From the human T2T-CHM13v2.0 reference genome, Homo sapiens, in the NCBI RefSeq assembly GCF_009914755.1, contig NC_060926.1: DNA of 64,000 nucleotides, one strand, 5' to 3'. Shown in pieces: positions 52,661 to 64,000 of the stretch. A program made the translations under genes and the position numbers. Below the pieces are notes generated by a model. The model made no database searches and was not told the origin of the DNA. It saw nothing but the letters and a program-made list of their open reading frames with translations. Numbering within the stretch: position 1 is the first letter of the stretch; every line of letters starts with the position of its first letter.

Positions 52661-53174
52661 AAGCTCGCTTCTTCCAATGTTCTCCAGTCTTCTCCATAAC
52701 CTTTGAATTATAACCTCATTTGAGTGGGAAACCAGCACTTAAATTATCATTTGTCATCATTACCTACATTTGCTTGTGGATGATCTTACTGCTTTGCTCC
52801 CTTTGGAGCTTGGCTTTCTGACTCTCAAGATCCTTTATCTCTTTCAGAAAATGAACAAACAAAAAAATACCTGGCACATTAAATGTATTGACTTTTATAA
52901 CTATTGTTTTCTGCCACAAGTTTTTCTAAATAAATATATTTGGCGGCTCAATTGACTTTGTTTATTGATTGATCTATTAATTTATCAATTGCCAGTCACA
53001 GCCACTCTCTCCCCAAAGGAAACACATATATAAAGCAATGATTTTTTTCCCAGTGAATAAAAATGAGTTAATATTTTAAAATATTATCCTGCAATAGTTG
53101 TAATAATAACTAAGATAAGACTAGACTAAGTAGAAAATTAGTTGGCCAGTATTTAGCTTCTACAATGGAGATAA

Positions 53175-53468
<294 letters not shown>

Positions 53469-55947
53469 AAAGAAACTTTTTAAAAAGACAAGAGGATAAG
53501 GAATGACCAACTTGACTATAAGCTCCTCTGAAGTCCGGGATTGGGTTTCATATAGTTTGGCAGAAAGAGGAGAGGTAACTAATATCTAGTAAATAAGTGT
53601 GGAATCATAGTTGATATTTCAATTATCCCATTGTTTATTTCCTGCTCAGTATGTTTCTTGGCATCTCAAATAAATTGAACAGAATAAGAAAATCAATTGC
53701 GAGAATACATGTTTTCTCCAAGCATTTATTTTATGCAAAGGTCATTGGCTATTTATAAATACGAAATTTAAAAAAAATTTTAAGTGAGGCATTTCAATTC
53801 GGGTTTCCTTTTGGAATCAAAGGTGAAGTAGAATGGAAGTGGGAGGAAAGGGAACAGAGGCCAGATAGAGAAAATAAACCTTGTGAATTGATTTAGAAAA
53901 GAGATAATAAACCGGACAGAGAGCATAAAATTCCTGCTGTCTATAGAATAGCTGGCTGCCAGCTCCAGAGGAAGAAAGAGCAATGTGCAGCCAGCAATAG
54001 ATGTGTGGGAGGCAAGACAGCTCTTTGGGAGTTATGAGGTTAAGGAAATAACTGTGTTTGAGGCAGAATGACAAGTGACCTCTTGCTCATTGAAAGAAAT
54101 CAGCATGAAGGAGGGTTGGAGAATGTCCTGAATTCCCCTCTATGTTCTTCAAATAGCTAGTGGCTTATTGTTATGAGAGCCCTGAGACGTACTTTCAATG
54201 ATCATTTATACAGACAGTTGAGTTTTTTAATGAAATACCATGACTCCTTTGGGAGAAGGACTTGAGGACAGAGAACAGGCAAGACTACAAGCAACTCCCA
54301 CTATAAGAAGTGTTCCCTGAGAGCGGACTGGCACTCGGTGCAGAAACGGAGCACTTAGGCTTACATCATGATGCCAGGCTGAGAGATAGGGATTTCCTTA
54401 GGGTATTTTGAGTCTACGTCTTGCACCCCTACCCTTCATCTAAATGAATATAAAATAAGTTGACACTGGAGAACTAAAATAATAATGATGATAATAAAGA
54501 CATTGTCTTTCCTATGGATTTCAGAATGATCTTATAGTCTTTCTTAATGAAAAAGATTAATTCACTATGTGTATTTAATGTGACTATGCCCTGATGTGAT
54601 TACTTTTGTTTTTGTACTTTAGGTGAGAATTTTCACATTTTTCATTTACTTTGAGTCACATTATTAAATGACTTAGAGCACTTCCTCCATCTCTACCATC
54701 TTCATCATTTCCTTAACATGATGAATGAATTCAGATTCAGACAGTAGATGGTGCTATTATTTCAAAGACCATACAGTACATAAGACTTCCAGATTTTCTT
54801 AAGACTGCAAGAGACAAGGGAAAGAAAAGAAGAAACTTGACTGACATCATTTTCTGGTTTACAAAGGTTATGGAGTGGGAAGTTATTTTTTGTAGTGACC
54901 TACTCTGTCCCTTTTGGGGATAAAATAACAGTCAAAGTTTTCTTTAGTAATTAATAAACTCTGACTCCCTAGAACAGAAAAAACAACCACATTTAATTTT
55001 CTCCTTGAAGCAGCAACAGTCACAGATGCTGTTGCTCATACTGACTACCATTATGGACAGAAAGCAATTCACAAGCGTTCAGCAATGCAGAAGATATTAA
55101 AATGTAAAACACATGAATGTGAAGTTTCCTCAAAAATACCGAATAAAAGGTTTTCCTAATATAAAGCAATTTATATGTAAAACATCTGTAATCACAAAGC
55201 ACCTTAAATATAATATTCAAATGCAAGCAATAAAAACCCTGTATCTGATGATGATAAATCAACATATTAAAAGCTTTCCTCTCCTGGCAGCAGATGCTCT
55301 TTGAAAGGGAATTGGTAACAGATGTATACCATAGAGGGGGTTCAAGCAGTGGTGACACAGGCAAGGGGCTGCATGGAGCCAAAGCTACAGTTAGATCATA
55401 GAACCTGCAGCTAAAGCACAATTGCTGTCGAGGTTCCTAAAGAGCAACACTACAAGTTGTCTCTTTAAAACCCCATTACTCAAACTTAATAGCCATTGAT
55501 GGAAACACTTTACCTGACTCCGTGGCAAAGGCTTAGGTTCTTCTCATTTTTCATGCCCAAGCAAAACATATGGTGATAGGCAGACTTGAGAGTGAACCAA
55601 ATTTTCTACCTAAATTTGCGACCCCAAGCACCTAAGTGCAATGAAACATTTGAACTAAATGAGTGGTGATATGGCGAAAGTGATGGCAAATGCCGACATC
55701 TGAAGCATCTGGATAATTAATTATGTCATTTTTAATTTGTATGCTTTTTGCATGAGAAGACCAGCTGTAGTTTCAAACATTCATTTCTAAGAAATACCAA
55801 ACAGTGTTTTAAATGTTTTTTTAAACCCTTAAGCTCCCGATAAAATAATTTTGAATTAGAAAATGGCTTTTAATTGTTTAGTGTTTTTTATTACTTCAGC
55901 ATTGCTAATATCACTTTGCTCATTCCATGACTCCTAATTGTGACTAT

Positions 55948-56486
55948 TATGGAGGTGGGGGATGGCAGGGAAGAAATTTTTGCCTCACCTATTGCTGGGG
56001 TTGTGGCTGAGAACCCTATAACAGAAGACAACTTAAAAGGAGACAAGTTTACAAGTTTATTTAAGGTAAGTTGTACATAACACATGAGCCTTCAGAAATG
56101 AAGACCCAGAGAAAGAGAAGAAACCATTTTTATGCTTAGGTTTAATGAAGAGTGGACAGCTGTAGGGAGGTATGATTGGAAAAGGGGGTATAGTCTAATG
56201 GTAATTAACTAGGGCAAACTTAGGATGGCCTGTTTGTTCAGTTTTTTCTCTATGTCCCTGTGTCTTCAGAGATAAAGATGTTCATTTTCTTTAGGTATAG
56301 GGAGGGCACCTCTTGAATGAGAATCTTGACTTGCTTCAGGGGAAGGTCAGAAAATTCTTCCTAGGTTTCATGACCTGATTCTAGGGAGAAAGGTAGAGGG
56401 CAGTGAAAATGATCCTCCTGCTTCTGCTGTTTTATCAAACATCAAGGTGCCAATATTTTGGATTTGGCTTGTTCTGAACCCCATCA
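55948..56486 (-). mobile_element. Solo MER31-like LTR (ERV1)
   Basis: Reverse complement begins tgatggggttcagaac...aaaatattggcaccttg...aaacagcagaagcagga; perfect TSD CTAT. Confidence 0.8.
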
Positions 56487-56620
56487 CTATTATATTAATA
56501 GAATTGCATGAGTAATGTCAAAAATAAATACTATGCAATTTTTAGTAGGTTCTTTGAAAAGACTTGCTAATGCTGCATTTATTTCATACTATAACACATT
56601 TTTCTCCATGATTATCTATA

Positions 56621-57148
56621 TGTGGCACTTTAAAGCATGGGCTCAAATTCTTGGGTATTCCTATCATTGAAAGATGATGTCTATGTCCCCTTCCCTTGAA
56701 TCTGGGTGAGTGTTTGATGGAGACAATGGAGAAGAAATAATGCTGCTTGCCTTTGACATCTGAGGCAAGGTCAGAAGAGGCCTTGCAACTTTGACCTAGA
56801 TCTCTCAGAATGCTCACTCACTCTCCACAGGTTTCCTCTGGATAGTGTCTTCCTCAGAATCCATATGCCACATTCTGAGAAGACCAACCTACATGAGGAG
56901 GTCCTGCCTCAATTAGGTGACCTGGTCCATAGTCCCAGCTGTCTCCAGCCTTCAGGTCATCCCCGCCCAGGTACCAGAATGAGAGAAAAACTTCCAAATA
57001 ATTCCACTACCCAAATGTTGTCACCTGAGCTGTTCAAATCATCCAAGCTAAGGCCCCATTGTACCTTTTTTGAATACATGACTCATGACATCACCGAGCG
57101 TAATATGTGTGGATGGGCTTGTTACTTAGCAATAGAAAACTGGAACAC
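56621..57148 (+). mobile_element. MLT1G/H-like MaLR LTR
   Basis: tgtggcactttaaagcatgggctcaaattctt...tctatgtccccttcccttgaatctggg...gcaatagaaaactggaaca. Confidence 0.8.
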
Positions 57149-57239
57149 TGTAGTTGGTTTATAAATAGCAGCAACATTGTTACTTGTAAATTGTGAAGAT
57201 ATTCAGGTGAGTTTGCTTAGTTTTAGGCATTTTCAATAT

Positions 57240-57430
57240 TCCAAGTGTCTTCTAACTGGTTTCCTTGCTTTGATTCTCCCCTCCCTCCAACCAACCAAAT
57301 GACATAACTGACATATATATCCCCAACACATCACTCTGCCTTTGCCCTACCACAAAATACTATTGTGATTTCCCTCTGCCTCCAGTCCACACTTCTTAGC
57401 TGGATATTTACTGACCTGCATTTTCTGTCA
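57240..57430 (+). mobile_element. L2 fragment
   Basis: cttctaactggtttccttgctt...catcactctgcc...gtccacacttcttagctgg. Confidence 0.5.
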
Positions 57431-58910
57431 TGTACTTATACACATTTATTTCCAACTACTTCTACAAATTGCTTACTAAATCCCATGAATTTCATGTGAA
57501 AAGAAGAACAAGACCCTCTAGGGTTTCTTTCAAAGTACATGTCCATTCAGGCAAGTCCACTTCAAACCCAAGCACGCCCTGGAGGATAATGATTTTATGG
57601 CTTTATGTTTGTCCATGGGTTTATGGCCCATCTTTAAAACATAGTGAAGGACATGAGATTTAATTAAGAACTGTAAATGTTCATGTTATACATGTCGTTT
57701 CTCAATATCTTAGCTTTTTCTATTTTCGCTATGTAGGATTCTGTCTTCTGGTGTTTCCTCCTCAATCAGGTTCTTTTCCTTTCAAGTAGCATTTACATTC
57801 TTTCTCTCTAGATGGTCTTCCTAGCGTTAGAGAAGACTGTTTTCAGATATCATGTACTGACCACTCATTAAACACCAGGCATTTTGCTTCCTTCTTTACT
57901 TACATTATGTCGTGTATTCATGGCACTTTTTCAAATGCTTTCTAAACCAATCATTTGGCAATAACCATATCTCACTCCTCTCTGTTTCTCTTTTTTACTG
58001 TTTTTGTTTTCTGGAATGTACAATATGACCCTGCAGGGACAAGGATTTTGCTTTTTAAATTTTCTTTGGTGTTTCCAGGATATTTATACAATGAAATTAA
58101 CATAGTGCGTGGCCAATAACAATTTGTAAGGAAAAATCCACCTAAAATAAATTTCTCAGTATTAGTATTTAGTCTATTAGATTCTAGATGTCTTCAAATA
58201 TTGGCTTCTTTCATCATATAAATCAGGTGCTTAAATGGTATAATGAGATTTAATTTTGTTAGCAATTTTGTAATTCCACTGAGGCCATTTCCAAACACAA
58301 GTTATTCTCGGGGGGCTGTTCTTACATGATGAATTAGTTATACATTTTCTTAGGATGAAACATAAGAACATTATATATTTCTTAACTTCTACTGAAGTGA
58401 ATGAATTTCTACAGGGCTTTGTTTCTTGAACCTAACTATCCTACTTCATGCCAGTGATAATACATACTTTAAATGAAGAATTATCTCTTCCACAATACAT
58501 TTACAGAAATATCCAATAAACCTTCATATTCATGATGTTTTTCAGAAAGAAATTTGGTAAGAAATTTTAAATTTTCTATTGTTAGCAAGATTTTCACTCA
58601 ATGTTTCTGTTTAAAGAGCATTAAAACTGGATAAATCTCATTAATTTCAGAAAATAGTGTGTATCTTTCAAACAGTAGCATATTACTTTAATATGTTAAA
58701 TTTCCTCACTCTTTCTATTTCAGTTTTTCGTTTAACACTTAATGCCACAAATCCACACACAAAAATATGTTTTTCATATTTTTACATCACCAGTTCAATG
58801 AAATATTGCCTTATGCCATTAAGGCATTCTCATGAGTTCTGTGAGAGACAAGAGACAAATACCTTCTTGGCTATAGGTGTGTTGAGAAAACTTTTTTGGA
58901 ATTTTAACTT

Positions 58911-59330
58911 TGTTGCAGATATAAAAAAAAACAGAATGCACTGGACAAACAAGATGATTTTACTCAGGCTATAGCAAAAGAAAAAACATTCATTAATAAG
59001 AAATATCTCAAAACAAAGGGGATTCAGGGTTTGATAGAGGCTGAGAAGAAACTCATTTGAATCATGTGGGAACCATCAGGAAGAACGGGGGTGGGTTTTT
59101 TCTGAGTCATTGAGGAAGGGTAGAGGTGGGTTTTATCTGGGAATATCCAAGGACAAGGGTGACAAGGGATGGGAGAATATGAGGAGAAGAGAATGTAGGC
59201 AACTAGGAAGGAAATCCAACCACTTTGTGGTAGAAAACAAAAGCTCTAACCCTGGGTTAAATGCCATAGTGACAAATATTGTCTGGAGAAAGAAGCAATT
59301 TTTTGGATGAATTAGAGACTGCGGAGAATG
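58911..59330 (-). mobile_element. Probable old ERV1-class LTR fragment (family uncertain)
   Basis: Starts tgttgcag; gattttactcaggctatagcaa resembles antisense MER4-group LTR ends; G-rich body. Confidence 0.35.
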
Positions 59331-60170
59331 TGCTTCTAATTTTTTAGCTTCCTTTACTTCACTGGCAATCCCCTAACTCCCACTTGAGGATATAGGGTTA
59401 TGGTTCTGTTAGAACATAAAAGACCCCAGAAATAAGAAGTAGAACAACAACATAATCAAGAGAAGAAATGACATAGGAGGGTTTTGAAAATGTCCTTTGA
59501 AAATGACTGTGTTGGAAATTGTTATTAAACTTTTTATAAACAAGATTAGAACTATAAAAAAATAAATGGAAACATGATTCTGCCCTTAAAGTACGAATAA
59601 AGGTTTTAATGTAATTTCCAGAAAACATAGTCCGTACACTGATTATTCCCCAAACTCTCTTTTAACATAGCAATGAAATAAGAGATCACACAGAACTCTA
59701 CTTAATACCAGCTACCCTTGCATTACTTATAGCTAAATGCTAATTAGTAAGGCCTCCAGACTACCAATAAAGAGAATCTGCTTCACAAAACCTGTGGATT
59801 TTCATTTGTTCTTGCGGAAAGCAAATGAGAAATGGAACTCAACTTCAGGCACTTGCCCATTTCCACTGTCACCAATATTCTGAGTCAAAGGGCCAAATGG
59901 TGATTTATTTAAGAAGACAAACTACGAATAAGTATGACAGAGTAGTTACCTGCCATTGTGTAAGTGTGCAAAACACTGGGAGAGTATATAAGACCATGTA
60001 ATAAATGTTTCTTGCTGTATATGCATTTTTAACTTAGCTAATTATTCTTCCCCCTTTTAAAAACACTTTATTATTTTAATTACACCTTTCTCACTGATTC
60101 CCTCCCACTCTCTCTTTTGCTCTCTCTCTCACACACCCACCCCACACACATATGCACACACAACTTGACT

Positions 60171-60287
60171 AAATGTCTCCAAGACTCTTCCAAAGACCAA
60201 CTTATTCATTAATGTCTCTAAGACTCTTACTAAGACCAACTTATTCATAAATGTCTCCAAGACTCTTACTAAGACCAACTTATTCAT
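60171..60287. repeat. Minisatellite, 3 x 39 bp
   Basis: (a/t)aatgtctc(c/t)aagactctt(c/a)c(a/t)aagaccaacttattcat at 60171, 60210 and 60249. Confidence 0.96.
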
Positions 60288-61199
60288 TATAGCTTCATCT
60301 TCACATCTAACTTACCATGGATGAGGCAATTGAACTATATACTAATGAAATGCCTTGTGCAAGATAACTGGGTGGCACATCTAAAGCTAGAACCCAGAGT
60401 TATAAACTACTACTGTTAAGTAAAAAAGATAAAATGTAACACATTAAAGGAATGCTTGACAGAAGAAAGCTACAAATGGCACACAACCTCCATCAATGGA
60501 AGTAAAATTTAGTAAAAGGAATCATCTATTTGCTATTTACTGTTAAGTGTAACTCCCTCATAATGATGGAAACACAATGGCCAGTGAGGACATTTCCAGC
60601 TGTGTTGACTATTTTTACTTATTATTTGTAATATTAATTTACTATTTTAATATGAAAGTACTATTTATATCTGTGTGATTTATATGAAACATAAATACAG
60701 CAGAGTTATTTCTGATGAAACATAAGATGGATTGGGATTTAATGGCAGAATACAACTTTGCTCTGTCAGAGTACACTGTGTTGCAGCATATATTTACTAC
60801 CATTTCAAACTTCAATTCTGTTTTAAAATGTAAAAGTACTTTCTTTTTCATGTATAATTTAAGTTGTATAGTCAGGAAATTTTATTATTATGTTAAATAT
60901 ATTTCAGATCTAGAAATATAGACATATTTTATTGCAGACATACACATAAGTTTTGTTCCCTGAAACTTCCACATTAATTTCTCAAAATTAACACAATTGA
61001 AAAAACTATTCGTGATGAATTGTTAATTGTAGTAATATAAGATTCCAGGTAAAGATTAAATATAACCATTTTTACAGTGCTTTTAAAATCATAACTGTGC
61101 CACTGGCAACTAATTCCTACCATGGATCTTTGTTATCTTAACAAGAAGCCATGCTTCCACTGTTCCAAATCTATTTGGAAAACATAAATATTTTTAAAT

Positions 61200-62480
61200 T
61201 TATTTAATTTCATTTAATACAATATGCACTATGACAGGGTCCAAAGTGTGCGAATGCCAAAAAGGGATATAACTAGGTTTTGGACATTCAGGAAGATGTG
61301 ATAATTAACAAATGATGGGGATAGCTAAGGGAATAAAATCATATGAGAAAATGACATAAATGAAATCAGTGAGATGGGAAAGCAGATGAAATATTTAAGG
61401 AATAGTAACTGCAGGGTATGATGATTACCTTTAGTGGGAAGGCTTTTGGTGACCTGATAAGAGAGAACCTTAAATGCCAGGCAAATATTTTGAGTACCAC
61501 TCTCTGTGAAATAGAAGACAGTGCAGGCATTTGAAGAAGGAAACTGTCAACTTCATTCTGTTTAAGAAGAGAAATGTGATGGCTATATGAATCATAGATT
61601 AGAAAACATGAGATTGGAAGTAAGTGCAGGAATTAGGAAACTATTACAATAGTCCTGGCACACAGGTTGGGACCGCTGGTTCAGAAGCATTGGCAATAGA
61701 AGAGAGATCACAAAAATAAGAGGTAAGAAAAAGATATAAGAGCATAAGAGACAGAGTTTGAGAAGTGTATTAGAGAGAAAAACTGATGGTGACTCAAACC
61801 TTAGTAAAGGCAGAGTAGCAGACTTGGAAAAGGCGTTACTGAGGTTACTTCTGGCCTGTGAGAGTGGAACTGGCAGAATGCTTACATTCAGATATTTAAA
61901 AGCTAGTTAGGAATCAAGGCTTAAAGATATGAACTTAGGAGTCGTCATCAACTTAAAAGTCAAAATTGAAACTCTGACCTTACGTGATACTATCAAAGGC
62001 AAAGTGCTAAGCAAAAGTAGAGAAAGGTGATATTCAAATAGCGGGGAACTTAACATTAAAAAGCAATTACAGGAAGAAGCAACAAAGGCATCTACAAAAG
62101 AATATTCTTAAAAGTATGAAAAATTGGATGAATACAGTTATTAAGAAAGGAAAAGGTAGAGGGTGACATTTTATAATTTTATAAACTAAAGTCATGAATA
62201 TATTCTATAATTTTAAAAAGTAAAGTCATGAATATATCTATTGGGGAGTCACTAGTTCCTTCTAAGAGATCATTATCAGCTGAGTTTTTCCAGACTGTGT
62301 GGTGTGTGGGTATATTGTGAAACAACAGTGAAACAGATTCCTGTTTTGAATTACTCAGCAGTAAATGGTAAGTAATTTGGAAGTGAAGTCGAGTCAGGAA
62401 AAAGGATATTTTAAAAGCATAGAGAAGTTCGATTCCAAAAGATGTTGTGTCTTAGGCCAAGGAGTAAAGAATGTGTGAAT
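61200..62480 (-). mobile_element. Long decayed L2 LINE
   Basis: ccttaaatgccaggc...gcaggcatttgaagaagg...aattaggaaactattacaatagtcc...gaacttaggagtcgtcatca purine-rich antisense L2 pattern. Confidence 0.65.
62172..62237. repeat. 34-bp tandem duplication
   Basis: tataatttt..aa.taaagtcatgaatatat occurs twice. Confidence 0.85.
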
Positions 62481-63361
62481 GATAAACTGCAGAAAAATGA
62501 AAAAGGAAAGATGACTTTGTGGCAAGAACATCAAGAAAAATATAAGGTGTTGTTGGAAAACATAATTGAAAAGAGTTGGAAGAGTATGCAAAGTGGCATG
62601 TTTAAAAATATAGAAATAAAAATAAAAATAAAAAAACATTTTTGAAATACATAGAGTGTGATTGAAGCAATTTATATAAAATGATGTCAATTAATGTTAT
62701 TCTGGGAGAACAAGAATAATAAAAATTAGATTGGGAACCAAAAAAGTGTGGGAAATATTTGGAATTCCAGCTAGGAAGAATGGAATGGACCTTACTTTGA
62801 GATAAATACTAGAATTGGATAACAGCAGGGCTGCCTGGCAAAGGCCATTGATTACATGAATCTTAATCATTCTATAACTTTCTTTCTACTGCAAGCAGAT
62901 AGAAGGAAGAAAGAATACAATGAAAATCACAAAACACTGTGACTTGGAAGATAAACCATTCTAGGTGAAAATTGGCAATATAAATACTAATCAATTTTAG
63001 ATCACAATCTCAATTAATATTTGTATTGTAAGTAGACTAATAATGAAAAAATACAGTTAACCCATTCCTTATGACACTAAGTGGTATAAGGAGTTTGTGT
63101 TCTCTGTTATATTGTTGACTTTCATAAAATAATGACTGTGATTTGGACAATTCTTTGACACTTTAGGGTAGAAGATACGGTTTCTTCACCTAGTTGTCCA
63201 AATCCTCACCTGTTCTAAGATTTTTAAGAAGGAATAATTTTTATATTAATATAAAAATAGCTAAGATCTAACACTACAGGTAGAAACACTGGTTCAACAT
63301 TGAAATTCTGGGCTTTATATCTAGTTTTGGGTCTTTGTGTAGAACGAAGGTACCAAAAGCC

Positions 63362-63598
63362 AAATGGTGAAGAACACAGATCTTCAGTCTGCGTGTGTGG
63401 GTTCCAGCTTTACCACTTCTTAGTTGCGTGCCTGTGGGGAAATTACTGAAACTCTCAATTTTCTCATCTGTAAAATTGAAATAATTAAACTATCAAACTC
63501 AAAAGAGTCAATGAGTTTTCTTAAAAGATTCCATTTAATGAGCAATTCATGGCCCATAGTAAGTACTGAGTAAACATAGACTGTTATTAATACTATTA
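63362..63598 (+). mobile_element. MIR (MIRb-like)
   Basis: ggtgaagaacacag...ccagctttaccacttcttagttgcgtgcc...ttttctcatctgtaaaattg...catagtaagtactgagtaaa. Confidence 0.85.
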
Positions 63599-63714
63599 TC
63601 ATGTATGATGCGGAAATTATATTTACAGCATTATACCTTTAACTTTGACAATTGTCTTGAGACCTGTTATCCTCCATTCCTTTTTATCTCCCATTTACAA
63701 AGATATTACCAGAA

Positions 63715-63828
63715 TGTAAATTTCAAGAGAGAAAGAATTTTTGTTCAGTTTTGTTCTCTACTCTGGAATCAGGACTTAAAATGGTACGAGATACATCATA
63801 GCCTCTTAATAAATATTTCTGAATAAAT
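63715..63828 (+). mobile_element. L2 3' end
   Basis: tgtaaatttcaagagagaaagaatttttgttcagttttgttc...aataaatatttctgaataaat. Confidence 0.65.
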
Positions 63829-64000
63829 TTGTCCCATTTTAGTGTTTTAAATGACATATGGAGATATAATTGGATCAATATGTTTCTCTCCCCTTTAATG
63901 TGTTTCATTTTGTTAACAGACACAAGTTTATTATTAATAATTACAGCTAGTCAGTTGTTGGGTTTGTCCTGTTAGTCAGATAAAATAGATAATTATGCTA

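Noticed and set aside
54995-55160. Acceptor-like site, short open frame and 8-bp hairpin (agcaacag/ctgttgct) as an exon or miRNA
   Set aside because: No convincing donor, no recognisable peptide, and the stem is too short for a pre-miRNA.
60171-60287. 39-bp repeats as a CRISPR-like array
   Set aside because: Head-to-tail units with no spacers, no cas genes, and a primate context.
62442-62645. Protein-like ORF MLCLRPRSKECVNDKLQKNEKGK...
   Set aside because: Purine-rich strand at the edge of a decayed L2; K/E richness follows from base composition and I recognise no homologue.

Overview
AT-rich, CpG-depleted catarrhine-primate (human-like) non-coding DNA, shown by AluY/AluS/AluJ, LTR12 and THE1. 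I find no supportable protein-coding exon, RNA gene, CpG island or CRISPR array; the recognisable ORFs are L1 remnants, Alu/LTR read-throughs or chance. Much of the window is interspersed repeat. It includes five same-strand solo ERV1 LTRs at 5.6-11.8 kb (LTR8, MER57, LTR12, MER50, MER67-like), a near full-length antisense L1MA (16.1-24.4 kb) with nested THE1 and Alu insertions, many MaLR LTRs, hAT DNA-transposon fossils, MIRs and L2s. I cannot support a new biological system. The best observations are traces of insertion and repair: a local duplication preserving an Alu empty site, a templated insertion inside the L1MA, an arm-collapsed Alu, a twin-primed L1 inversion with TSDs, a closely spaced inverted Alu pair, an LTR12 promoter with a gained GTGAGT donor, and several short tandem duplications. 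Family names come from remembered consensus sequences and need RepeatMasker/Dfam confirmation.
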